Positions 9,913 through 19,135 of a DNA stretch of 32,000 bases are shown here, piece by piece (position 1 is the stretch's first letter; every line of letters starts with the position of its first letter). Made by a program: the position numbers and the translations under genes. The stretch is from Promethearchaeota archaeon (GTDB taxonomy: Archaea > Asgardarchaeota > Lokiarchaeia > Sigyniarchaeales > Promethearchaeaceae): assembly GCA_016933055.1 (NCBI GenBank), contig JAFGBS010000004.1, positions 300,001 through 332,000 on the forward strand, in the 5' to 3' direction. The notes under the pieces were generated by a model. The model made no database searches and was not told the DNA's origin. It was given only the letters and a program-made list of their open reading frames with translations.

Positions 9913-10847
9913 TCCTTCAATTTTAGAACCGCTTGATCAATATTTGTGGGTATTGTGCCCGAATACTTAGCTTTTTCTCTTAATTGTAAAAACATCTGAA
10001 TATATTCTGGAATTCTAACTCCTGTTTTTTGGAGAGACGATGATAATAGCACTTGTTGAGTTGGTCCATGTTCGAGTACGTTGCCTTGATTCATCACAAT
10101 AATTTCATTGCAAAACGGCAAAATGACTTCTAATCTATGTTCAATGATTATTATCGTTATTTTATTCTCCTCATTGAGTTTTTTCAGAAGATTTAATACT
10201 GATTGGGCCGCTTGGGGATCTAAAGTTGCTGTAGGTTCATCTAAAATAATCACACTGGGTTCCAAAGTAAGAATGGAAGCTATCGCTACACGTTGTTTTT
10301 CCCCCCCCGATAGATCATAGGGATGTCGGTCTTTTAAGTGAGTAATTTTTAAATATTCCATAATCTGGGTCAATTTTTCCCGTATTTGCGATTGTTCCAT
10401 ACCTAAATTTTCTAAACCAAAAGCAATTTCTCTTTCTACTGTCATTGCGACCAATTGATTATCGGGATTTTGGAATACCAATCCCACATGCTGGGAAAGG
10501 GCACTTACTTTTTCTTGAATCGTATCTTTTCCTAACACATTCACATACCCAAAAAAAATCCCACGATAGAAACTGGGAATCAATCCGTTAAATGTACGCA
10601 CTAAAGTGCTTTTTCCTGAACCCGTGTCTCCTACCATAGCAATGAATTTTCCCTTTAATATAGAAAGATCAATAGAATTTAACGCTTTAAATTTGTCCAG
10701 TTTAGGATCATCCTTGAAAGAGGGTCCTTTTTCCTTTAAAAGCGAATCAATTTCCCCCCGGTTTTCCTTATATGCGGATTCATAAATAAAGGAAAGATTT
10801 TTCGTGATGATTTGAGTATCAAGTTCGGAAGGAGGGGATCCATTCAT
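9900..10847 (-). CDS. ecfA1: ECF transporter ATPase component A
   Basis: GDTGSGKST, FQNPDNQ, LSGGEKQR, DEPTATLD, IEH. Confidence 0.88.
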   Translation of the reverse strand: MNGSPPSELDTQIITKNLSFIYESAYKENRGEIDSLLKEKGPSFKDDPKLDKFKALNSIDLSILKGKFIAMVGDTGSGKSTLVRTFNGLIPSFYRGIFFGYVNVLGKDTIQEKVSALSQHVGLVFQNPDNQLVAMTVEREIAFGLENLGMEQSQIREKLTQIMEYLKITHLKDRHPYDLSGGEKQRVAIASILTLEPSVIILDEPTATLDPQAAQSVLNLLKKLNEENKITIIIIEHRLEVILPFCNEIIVMNQGNVLEHGPTQQVLLSSSLQKTGVRIPEYIQMFLQLREKAKYSGTIPTNIDQAVLKLKEWLN

Positions 10848-10870
10848 CAGAGATCGCTTTTTTATAAGAT

Positions 10871-11941
10871 TTAATTCTTTAATTCCTTTTTCAATGCTGA
10901 TATTACCACAGATTTAAGATCACTCGGTAAATTTTGCCCATTCATTCCCGCAGCTCCTTTGTGACCTCCTGAGTTTCCATCGTATTTAAGTGCAATTTTT
11001 TCCATAAATTTGCCTAAATGAAATTCTGTAGCATGTTGAATAGCTTCAGAAGCTCGTGCTATAAGTCGAAACTTCATATCCTTGCGTTTCGCAAGACAAA
11101 ACGCAATATCTGCCCCTAATCCAAGAAGACCATTACAGACGGTGCTTTCATAGGAATTCACATGGGTAAAGAGTATAATCCACTCTCTAATTTGAAAGAT
11201 CTCCTCACTTCGAATTGCACCCTTAACTCGTGCAATCTTCACGTCTAAGGGTGTTTCTCGAATAGACATAGACCGTGCAGTGGGTAAATCCGCACCTTTT
11301 CGTATTAAAAAATCCAAAATTGGAACGACCGAATTTTCACTATACCGCAGTCCGTTGGAGTCCATCAGTATTCCCATAAGTAATAGTTGAGAAATATGGG
11401 GTTCTAGATCAGGATTCCAATTTCCTCCTTTTTTCTTCTCATCTTCAATATATTTCCAAATTTGTCCGATAATCTCGCTGCAAGATGATGCAGAAGAATC
11501 GATTAATTTAAGTAGGAATTTATGTTCTGGTATGGTTCCGGATAGTTCTGAGTCACCATTTCGAGTATTTTGAGACTCGATGTGATGGTCAATCAAGATT
11601 ACAGATTGAAACCCGTTTTGGAAATAGGGAGGAATATACGGAGTATCCAAGATGATTACGACATTATAGGATTTATTTGTATCAGTGGATACAATTTGGT
11701 TGAAATAATTGATATTCTGAAGCGTTTGTTTAACAAATTGATTAGTGTGACTCAAAATAAGGTCTATTTTTCCACCCTGCGGTATATAAGAACTTAGAAG
11801 AAGATATAGCCCTAGAGCGGAAGCTGCACCATCAAGATCCGTATTATCATGTGATAAGACTGCTATCGGTTCATAATTTTGTAGATTTCCTACAAAATTT
11901 ATAAAATCTAGGGTGAATTTCCTAATTTTTTCAACATTCAT
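10871..11941 (-). CDS. DHH/DHHA1 family phosphoesterase
   Basis: SHDNTDLDG, ILDT, IDHH, GILMDS, GGHKGAAG. Confidence 0.9.
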   Translation of the reverse strand: MNVEKIRKFTLDFINFVGNLQNYEPIAVLSHDNTDLDGAASALGLYLLLSSYIPQGGKIDLILSHTNQFVKQTLQNINYFNQIVSTDTNKSYNVVIILDTPYIPPYFQNGFQSVILIDHHIESQNTRNGDSELSGTIPEHKFLLKLIDSSASSCSEIIGQIWKYIEDEKKKGGNWNPDLEPHISQLLLMGILMDSNGLRYSENSVVPILDFLIRKGADLPTARSMSIRETPLDVKIARVKGAIRSEEIFQIREWIILFTHVNSYESTVCNGLLGLGADIAFCLAKRKDMKFRLIARASEAIQHATEFHLGKFMEKIALKYDGNSGGHKGAAGMNGQNLPSDLKSVVISALKKELKN

Positions 11942-12096
11942 TAGAGTTCTCTCTTTTTATAGGCGTTAACAAAAAATTTTGTGAGTATTCACCAAGTGTA
12001 AGTACATTGTTCCATTCTTTCAAACGAATCACTCCAAGTAGTTTTAATAGTTTAATGAAATGAAGCCACGGATTAGAAATTAATCGTTGGTTTCTT

Positions 12097-12264
12097 ATGA
12101 AAAAAATATCAGATAAAGAATATATGGAGCATCTATTACAAGATTTGAGGATAAAAGCGAGGGATGAAGATAACTTCTTAGAAAAAAAAAAACTAAAAAA
12201 GATAATCGAACAGTTTGATAGAGGAATTAAAGAGGAATACACCAAAACCCGAAATAATTCTTAA
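12097..12264 (+). CDS. Small hypothetical charged helical protein (55 aa)
   Basis: Hand translation: MKKISDKEYMEHLLQDLRIKARDEDNFLEKKKLKKIIEQFDRGIKEEYTKTRNNS. Its stop overlaps the convergent AAA ATPase stop. Below the ORF-track length cutoff. Confidence 0.35.
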   Translation: MKKISDKEYMEHLLQDLRIKARDEDNFLEKKKLKKIIEQFDRGIKEEYTKTRNNS

Positions 12265-13460
12265 GAAAATATTGCGTTTCCCTCATCCTGTTTTTTACGA
12301 ACGTTTCGGATTATTTCCAAGAGATGATGAGTTGTGATTTTTTCTATTTTCGATAACACCACATTATGAAAGGCGATTTTTATCAGTTTCTCCTTTATAT
12401 CTCTTCCAGACCATCCATCCAAGTGATTACTTACCTCTTGATAGGATATTTCATAAGGTACATCGATTTGACTCAAGAATAATTGCATCATTTGGACACG
12501 TTCAGAATTATCTGGTAATTCAAAATCAATCTCTTCTTCAAATCTACTACGCAAACCTGGGTCCAACAGATCAATGTTATTTGTTGCCGCAATGGTGATA
12601 ATCCCGCTATTCTCTGATAATCCATCCATTTCAGACAGTAGTGCCGTACTAACCTCTATTACGTCGCCTCTTACGGACTGATATGACCGACTTAATCCTA
12701 TTGCGTCGATTTCGTCTATAAATATTATTGCTGATCCTGATTTTTTAACTATTTTACGAGCTTTATCAAAAAGAGTATGGATCTTATTCGCTCCATCTCC
12801 AACATGCAATCCAATTAGTTCAGTTCCCTTTCGGACAAGTATTTGAGAACCACATTCGGATGCCAATGCTCTTGCTGTTAAAGTTTTGCCTGTACCCGGA
12901 AATCCAAAAAATAATACGTTTTTAGGAGACCATCTTCCGAATTTTTCGGGATGAAGCATAAATTCTTGGATAATCTTGCATTTTTCAATGGCTCGAGAAT
13001 TTCCTATAATATCAGCAAATCCAACTTTTTCCATACTTTTTAATTGGGAATCGACAGAAGGGACTATTTCGAATTCCGTTTCTACGGTAACACGACGAGA
13101 GGATTCTGGAATAATTTTAATTATCTTAAATGCAAAATCAGGTAATATCATCTGATCAAATAGATATTCATCCACTGCAACTATTAACCCTACCCATTGA
13201 TCTTGTGCATATGCTTGGAACAAATTATAATCATCAATTTCTAAATCTGATTGAGCAGATGCTTGTTCACTCAAACGAATAGGATAACCAACTGGCTTAA
13301 GAAGAATTTTTTGAATATTTGATTCTTGAGAAGTCTCATCCGTCTCCTGTTCTGAATCCGACTCTGTCAGCTCCTCTCCTTCAATAGTGACCTCAATCGG
13401 TTCCAATTTATTATCGGAATTAAGATAAACACGACGGTTTAATACTTTTTTCTTGGCCAT
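12261..13460 (-). CDS. Archaeal AAA+ ATPase (COG1223-like)
   Basis: PKNVLFFGFPGTGKT, GLHVGDGA, IFIDEID, ATNN, RSRFEEEIDF; N-terminal YLFDQMILPDFAFK domain. Confidence 0.85.
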   Translation of the reverse strand: MAKKKVLNRRVYLNSDNKLEPIEVTIEGEELTESDSEQETDETSQESNIQKILLKPVGYPIRLSEQASAQSDLEIDDYNLFQAYAQDQWVGLIVAVDEYLFDQMILPDFAFKIIKIIPESSRRVTVETEFEIVPSVDSQLKSMEKVGFADIIGNSRAIEKCKIIQEFMLHPEKFGRWSPKNVLFFGFPGTGKTLTARALASECGSQILVRKGTELIGLHVGDGANKIHTLFDKARKIVKKSGSAIIFIDEIDAIGLSRSYQSVRGDVIEVSTALLSEMDGLSENSGIITIAATNNIDLLDPGLRSRFEEEIDFELPDNSERVQMMQLFLSQIDVPYEISYQEVSNHLDGWSGRDIKEKLIKIAFHNVVLSKIEKITTHHLLEIIRNVRKKQDEGNAIFS

Positions 13461-13667
13461 AAGGTTCTACCTATTTGGTTGCAAAAGGAGGTTTGGATGA
13501 ACCTAAAACCAATCAATTTGGTAATAATTAATGATTGAGAAGACCCTATTATTTATATCACTACTCCTTTTGTATATCAATAAAATATCCCTATAAAATT
13601 TTACGCTGAGTTTTTCTGTAAATTTTGAACATGGGAATAATTTGCATGATGGATGAGAGGGGAGGAA

Positions 13668-13823
13668 TTACACAAGAATCGTACTACAGTACTCACAATA
13701 TTCTATAGACTTTTTACATGAAGAACAAGGAAGAATGTTAATTTTTCCGCATCTCCCACACATTTGTCTTCGAGCAGGATTTTTACCACATTTCGGACAG
13801 ATTCTTTTTGTTAAATCACTCAT
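13668..13823 (-). CDS. 51-aa Cys-rich microprotein with four CxxC motifs (double zinc-ribbon-like)
   Basis: Hand translation: MSDLTKRICPKCGKNPARRQMCGRCGKINILPCSSCKKSIEYCEYCSTILV. ATG lies 10 nt after the GINS stop, with AGGT upstream. Confidence 0.75.
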   Translation of the reverse strand: MSDLTKRICPKCGKNPARRQMCGRCGKINILPCSSCKKSIEYCEYCSTILV

Positions 13824-13833
13824 AAATTTCGAC

Positions 13834-14394
13834 CTATTTCGATTTTTTATGCGGGATATTCAAAAAATAATCCTTCCAAGCATGTACAGTCGAACTTGAA
13901 TGGGATAGTAATATTTTCTCTTCTTCTGATAGGTTTTGAGTAAGACTTAAAGTAGTATTGATTTGGGACAATGCCAGTATTTTGCTTTGCCTTAATCTGA
14001 TTAATTCTTGAGTAAAAGATATAAATTTCCGATAATTCTTGTCATCCCGTTCATTTCCGTCCGATAGGATCCCCATATATTCGGTAATTGCTGTGAATAG
14101 ATTGGGATCCAATTTTAACAGTTCTTCCGTATGAGATTGATTGAACGCTATTTTTTGAATTCTTTGCGCATTTATATGTTCTGATTCGGTAAATTGAAGG
14201 ATATTATATTTAATAAACTCTTTAGCAATCCAGTATTCCATTTTATAATGGTTTCCGGCAATAAAGGGTCCAATGATTTTTCCAAAAATTTCAATACTGT
14301 GTTTGAAGTTTTTTACCGCTTTCACCTCTATGATTTTATTGCGGAATTTATAACGAATACGTTTCAACTGTGACTGAATAGAATTCATAGACAT
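13834..14394 (-). CDS. GINS complex subunit, Gins23 type (B domain then A domain)
   Basis: IEVKAVKNF...IIGPFIAGNHYKMEYWIAKEF (B domain), then LLKLDPNLF...LIRLRQSKILALS...LSEEEK (helical A domain). Start moved to ATG 14394 (or 14388) because the 14505 start overlaps the divergent gene. Confidence 0.75.
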   Translation of the reverse strand: MSMNSIQSQLKRIRYKFRNKIIEVKAVKNFKHSIEIFGKIIGPFIAGNHYKMEYWIAKEFIKYNILQFTESEHINAQRIQKIAFNQSHTEELLKLDPNLFTAITEYMGILSDGNERDDKNYRKFISFTQELIRLRQSKILALSQINTTLSLTQNLSEEEKILLSHSSSTVHAWKDYFLNIPHKKSK

Positions 14395-14482
14395 CAATAA
14401 TGTAAGGTAATCTCTATAAAATAATAGAAGAGGAAATAAAAAAATAGATATTAAAGAATTGATAGCCTTTTTTTTTAATTGT

Positions 14483-17400
14483 ATGTCATTTTGGGACATT
14501 TTCAAGCTAAATTTCGAATGGAATTTCTATTCGATTCTATTGACTGTTGGATTCGTGCTTTCCTTTATCATTGGATATATCTTAATTTATCAGCAAATCC
14601 ACCTCGTGAAAGCAGAAACTATGTCTCTGTTGGATCATTTCAAGTGTTTGTTATATGGGATTATATTTTCCAGCGGAATTACCATAATTTTGACCACCGT
14701 GATATTATTTCGAATTAATAAGAAAAATATTCCCTTAGATACAACCACGTTAAGTCGTTTTCTGTTATGGCCGCTAAATTTTGTTATTTTTCTCTTATAT
14801 ATATTTCCATGTATTGATTTTTTGTATATGGCACATTCTGATTCGAATAAAGGAGTTACAATCTTTCAAGAATTTTTTGCTAAGAAAATCATCCATAAAT
14901 TTGAAGAACCTTGGAAGCGATCCTTAGTTGCAATCACATTATGGCTTGGATTGTTTATTTTACCTCCCCTCTTCCTATCTATGGTCATCCCTCTATATAT
15001 CGCATTCATGGGGTGGTCATTTGTCTATCCAATCATTATAATTGCATACTTTGGTTATCGAGGTTACGTAACAAGTGTGGTCAAAAATGTATATACACAT
15101 CATACAATGAGTCGCGCTCTCCATCTTGCATTCGATAAAAGTCCGCGCATCTTTCGCATATTATTTTATCGTTTTTATACCACAGTTACTCTCGTAATCC
15201 AAATTGTGACATATTTTATTATGTATCTCATTCTGATTGAGTTTATGCATTACTTTTTCGTAGGTGATGTATTGATCACCGTCAAAGGGACACCATTCCA
15301 AACTTTCGCCATTTCCTTATCTCTATTATCTGGAATAGAGGGATATTTTAGCCGATTCTGGAAAAAAAAAATAAAGTTTCGCTGGATCGATGTATTTTTA
15401 TCATCTTGGCTTATCGCAAGCGTAGGCATTAATTTATTAGTAAATTTTATGATATTACGAATTGATAATGGCATTTCTACCATATTAGAATCTTGGTCTG
15501 TAACTAACATAATAACCCAAACTACTACCATGAAAGGAGGAAATTATGTCCTTTTTATCCCAGTTGCTCTCATTGAAGAAATTATGTTTATCATCCTTGT
15601 AAATTATTATTTATTCAGTAAAAATAGCAAATTTTTTCTAGAAGCACGCCTGAATTTTATGGAATACTGCGGATCAAAATTCATTCCTGTTCCATTATTT
15701 AACTTTGTCCATCACTCAAATTCTCACCTACATAGTGCCGCTAAACAGCAATTAATACAGTTGTATGGAAGACTCCCATTGCGAAATGATCTCAAGTACA
15801 CTCATAAAAGGTATATGTATCCTTTGTTTGATGCAATTTCTGATTCGAATAAATATAATCGCGAAGTAGCCCAAATTATTTTGGAAGATGCAATTCAAAA
15901 TCACCCCATCAAAATTTCCCCTCTAATCCTTAAAGCGCTTCAATCTGGGAATGTAGATTTGCAGATTAACGTCGGAAATATCATAAAAAAGCATCCTAAA
16001 TTTATGGAATCTGTTCCCTCCTCTCTGATCACTGATTTTTTCAATCATCCCAATTATCTAATAAAACGATTAGGTGCTGATCTAGTATTAAATTTATCAC
16101 AATCGCCTAAATCGTTGAATAAAGAGACAATTTTACATGGGATCACCGATGGAGACCATATTTTTCAATGTAAATGTATGGAAATTGCTATAAAATTTGG
16201 TTTTCTGAAGGACATTAATGAATTTTTAGATAAAATGAAAAGTTCAAAATCTCGGATACAACAAATAGCAATTCAAAGTTTTATTGGATTAATAGGACAG
16301 GATAACATTACTCTATCTAATAGTGATATAGAAAAACTTTTAGACAAATTACGTATTGCAGACGGTCCATCCCGAGATGCAGCGATTATCAGTGTTTCTC
16401 AACTTAAAAATCTAACACAGTATAAAATTCCATATGAACCTTTTGTGATGGGTATTAGAAGTCATGTCCAATCTGTGCGCAAAGCTTCACAGCATGTATT
16501 ACACCAACTTCACCCAAATTTAAACAGGAATGAACAATCCAAAATATTTAATACATTTATCAAACTGGCAGAAACTGCGGATGATGAAACCATTCAACAT
16601 ATTATTCCATTACTTAATCGGAATTGGAAGCAAAACCCTCAAAAAGTCACATCAATTATCATGAAGTTTTTTAAAAGTTCCAATAATACCACTCAAAACA
16701 TAATTATTGAGGCTCTTCTTACTATTGCAGAAGAAGATCCAGAGCTTGTGCTTAATTCCATAGTTTCCATTCAAGAGGAACGTACCTATCTTACAAAAAG
16801 CGTTTTGCAGAAAACAATATTGCAAATTTGTGCACAGAATCCTCATTCTATCAAAATATTGGAAAAATTAGTAGAACAAAGTAATATGACTGTAAAAAAA
16901 AATGTATTAACTGCTATGGAGGGCTTGGCTGAACAATATGCAACTTATTTTAATAAAGATTTACTAATAAACAGTATAAAATCACAACCCTTTATGGAAA
17001 TACGCATCAAATTATTATCAGTTTTATCAAAGATTATCCATCATCATCCTGAAATTAAATCAAACACTTTAACGGAATTGTTACCGTTATTGAATAGTTC
17101 CGAAAGAGACATACGTAAACAAACTGCAAGTATTTTTTTGGAGATCGCACAAATTAAACCGTCATTAATTACCTTAGATATAATCCAGAATTTAAGCAAG
17201 GATTCAGATCCGTCTATTAGAGAACTTAGCGCAAAAATACTCCGATACTATATTTCTATCGAAAAAGAACCATCCTTGACAATTCTAGATACATTATTGG
17301 AAGATAGCAAGTGGATTGTTCAAACTGCCGCCATTGATGCTTTAATGCAAGAATGGAATTTAATGAAATCCGCTCAAATTACAAAAATCATAAATATGAT

Positions 17401-17878
17401 TGATAAATCTGATGAGTGGTTATCCCGGAAAGCCTTAGAATTTATCCAATATGTGGGTAAGCAAAATCCTGAACTAATTCCTTTACGCAAGATCACAGAA
17501 TTAACTTCTCATGCTAATCCTTATCTCCGGAGTATGATATTGAAAATCATAGAATTACTCCCCTTTGATAAAGCTTGGGAGATTTTGAAAAAATTAATGC
17601 AAGATAAAGACAGTCAAATAAGAGAACAAGCTGCAAGAAGTTTGGTAACGTTTTCTAAGGATATGACAATTTCAACCCTATTTTCCTATACTTTGCCTTA
17701 TTTTAGCGATGAAACTGATATATTCCTGCAACGAACCATCGCCAACGCATTACGACGAATTGTAAAATATGAATCTAGTGATGTAAGGAATCGTTTGATC
17801 AGTATTCTTAAAATCCGCTGTCAAGTCAGTCAAGATCCTGTATTATGCCGAATATGGCATAAACTCGAAGAAAAATAA
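14483..17878 (+). CDS. Large polytopic membrane protein with C-terminal HEAT/ARM alpha-solenoid
   Basis: About 8-9 hydrophobic segments in the first ~380 aa, then ~750 aa with repeated HEAT-like units (SERDIRKQTA, SDPSIRELSA, SKWIVQTAAI, ANPYLRSMIL, KDSQIREQAA). ATG 14483 preferred over TTG 14459. Confidence 0.8.
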   Translation: MSFWDIFKLNFEWNFYSILLTVGFVLSFIIGYILIYQQIHLVKAETMSLLDHFKCLLYGIIFSSGITIILTTVILFRINKKNIPLDTTTLSRFLLWPLNFVIFLLYIFPCIDFLYMAHSDSNKGVTIFQEFFAKKIIHKFEEPWKRSLVAITLWLGLFILPPLFLSMVIPLYIAFMGWSFVYPIIIIAYFGYRGYVTSVVKNVYTHHTMSRALHLAFDKSPRIFRILFYRFYTTVTLVIQIVTYFIMYLILIEFMHYFFVGDVLITVKGTPFQTFAISLSLLSGIEGYFSRFWKKKIKFRWIDVFLSSWLIASVGINLLVNFMILRIDNGISTILESWSVTNIITQTTTMKGGNYVLFIPVALIEEIMFIILVNYYLFSKNSKFFLEARLNFMEYCGSKFIPVPLFNFVHHSNSHLHSAAKQQLIQLYGRLPLRNDLKYTHKRYMYPLFDAISDSNKYNREVAQIILEDAIQNHPIKISPLILKALQSGNVDLQINVGNIIKKHPKFMESVPSSLITDFFNHPNYLIKRLGADLVLNLSQSPKSLNKETILHGITDGDHIFQCKCMEIAIKFGFLKDINEFLDKMKSSKSRIQQIAIQSFIGLIGQDNITLSNSDIEKLLDKLRIADGPSRDAAIISVSQLKNLTQYKIPYEPFVMGIRSHVQSVRKASQHVLHQLHPNLNRNEQSKIFNTFIKLAETADDETIQHIIPLLNRNWKQNPQKVTSIIMKFFKSSNNTTQNIIIEALLTIAEEDPELVLNSIVSIQEERTYLTKSVLQKTILQICAQNPHSIKILEKLVEQSNMTVKKNVLTAMEGLAEQYATYFNKDLLINSIKSQPFMEIRIKLLSVLSKIIHHHPEIKSNTLTELLPLLNSSERDIRKQTASIFLEIAQIKPSLITLDIIQNLSKDSDPSIRELSAKILRYYISIEKEPSLTILDTLLEDSKWIVQTAAIDALMQEWNLMKSAQITKIINMIDKSDEWLSRKALEFIQYVGKQNPELIPLRKITELTSHANPYLRSMILKIIELLPFDKAWEILKKLMQDKDSQIREQAARSLVTFSKDMTISTLFSYTLPYFSDETDIFLQRTIANALRRIVKYESSDVRNRLISILKIRCQVSQDPVLCRIWHKLEEK

Positions 17879-17916
17879 CTTCAAATTTTCTCTACCGTAT
17901 GAGTATATAATAAAAG

Positions 17917-18696
17917 ATGATCAGCATGCAAACAATTATTGGCGGTAACTGGAAGATGCAACTGGGGATTAAAGAATCCATTCAATTAGCAAAAACACTA
18001 GTCTCTTCTCTTCAAGATCTTGAGAGGGTTAAAATATATGTGGCACCTTCCTTTGTGGCTTTACCCGAAGTAGCAACAATAATACAGAATTCTCCTATCA
18101 AACTTGCTGCTCAAAATATGAGCGAATATGAATCTGGGGCTTATACAGGGGAGATTTCACCCCTTTGGTTGAAAGAATTAGGCTGTGAATACGTCATTTT
18201 AGGTCATTCAGAGCGACGTCGAATTTTGGGAGAATCTAATGAACTCATAAACAAAAAAGTGCATAATGCCCTTAAATATGGATTAAAACCTATTTTATGC
18301 ATTGGTGAATCTGCTTCGGAGCGATCCAGCGGGAAGGTGAAAGAAGTAAACGCAAGACAATTAGAAAAATCTCTTAAGGACATCGATTCAGATCAGATTA
18401 AAAATATCATAATCGCATATGAACCCGTTTGGGCCATCAATTCTAGAGGATTGAATCCCACGGGAGAGATCGTACCTGCTACTCCTAAACAAGCTGAAGA
18501 AATGCATAACTTCATACAACAATGGTTAGTATCCGCCTATGGTAATATAGGAAAGGAAATTCCTCTCCAATATGGGGGATCCGTAAAACCAGAGAATGCC
18601 AAAGATCTCTTATCCATATCATCGATTCATGGAGCTTTAGTGGGGGGTGCTTCCTTGAATTCAACAGACTTCGTTCAAATAATCCGTTCCATCTAA
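17917..18696 (+). CDS. tpiA: Triosephosphate isomerase, bacterial/eukaryotic type
   Basis: GGNWKM, GAYTGEIS, GHSERR, YEPVWAI, YGGSVK, LVGGASL. Confidence 0.96.
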   Translation: MISMQTIIGGNWKMQLGIKESIQLAKTLVSSLQDLERVKIYVAPSFVALPEVATIIQNSPIKLAAQNMSEYESGAYTGEISPLWLKELGCEYVILGHSERRRILGESNELINKKVHNALKYGLKPILCIGESASERSSGKVKEVNARQLEKSLKDIDSDQIKNIIIAYEPVWAINSRGLNPTGEIVPATPKQAEEMHNFIQQWLVSAYGNIGKEIPLQYGGSVKPENAKDLLSISSIHGALVGGASLNSTDFVQIIRSI

Positions 18697-18763
18697 ATAT
18701 TTCACTTTATATCATAGGTTTTCATTGAAGGATCTTAAAAATCTTGCTCACTTGTTTTTGTTT

Positions 18764-19078
18764 ATGTGTGAATTCACAGTACTCAAAAAGATAGGTAAAG
18801 ATACAGAAAAAATTGGGGAAGATGTTATTTTTTTTCAATATTCCGAAAATGGACAATGCCGTCTTGCAGATATATTTGGACGTGCTAAGATTGAAGCAAA
18901 AAATGCATTCGTCTATGAAATCAACATGCTAGATAGTCGACACGATATCACAATCATAGAATCTGAACTGGTACCTTATTTTGTTCGTTTTATGCAAGAT
19001 CTCCAAACTGAGGAAGGGGAATCAAAAATACATAGTGCAGAGCAATTAATAACGGAGATCCGAAAACATCTCCCCTAA
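18764..19078 (+). CDS. CooT-like nickel-binding protein with C-terminal extension
   Basis: From ATG 18764: MCEFTVL...EDV...RLADIFGRAK...EINMLDSRHDITI, fitting the CooT pattern (N-terminal Met-Cys, DIFG). Lies upstream of ACDS genes. Confidence 0.65.
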   Translation: MCEFTVLKKIGKDTEKIGEDVIFFQYSENGQCRLADIFGRAKIEAKNAFVYEINMLDSRHDITIIESELVPYFVRFMQDLQTEEGESKIHSAEQLITEIRKHLP

Positions 19079-19135
19079 AGAGAACATATATATTTTTTAA
19101 AGCAAATAGGGTTCTATATCTTGAGGTTATGAAAA

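Noticed and set aside
12181-12200. A11 homopolymer as a possible slippage or phase-variation site
   Set aside because: A-runs are common in this AT-rich sequence and this one reads in frame as EKKK in the candidate small ORF; there is no evidence of a split gene.
11931-12245. 104-aa minus-strand ORF from the track (MVYSSLIPL...)
   Set aside because: Phe/Ser/Leu-rich composition typical of the antisense of a charged ORF; it overlaps the DHH start and has no recognisable motif.
14395-14505. N-terminal extension of the GINS ORF to 14505
   Set aside because: Overlaps the divergent membrane-protein start and the AT-rich promoter region; ATG 14394/14388 gives a normal GINS length.
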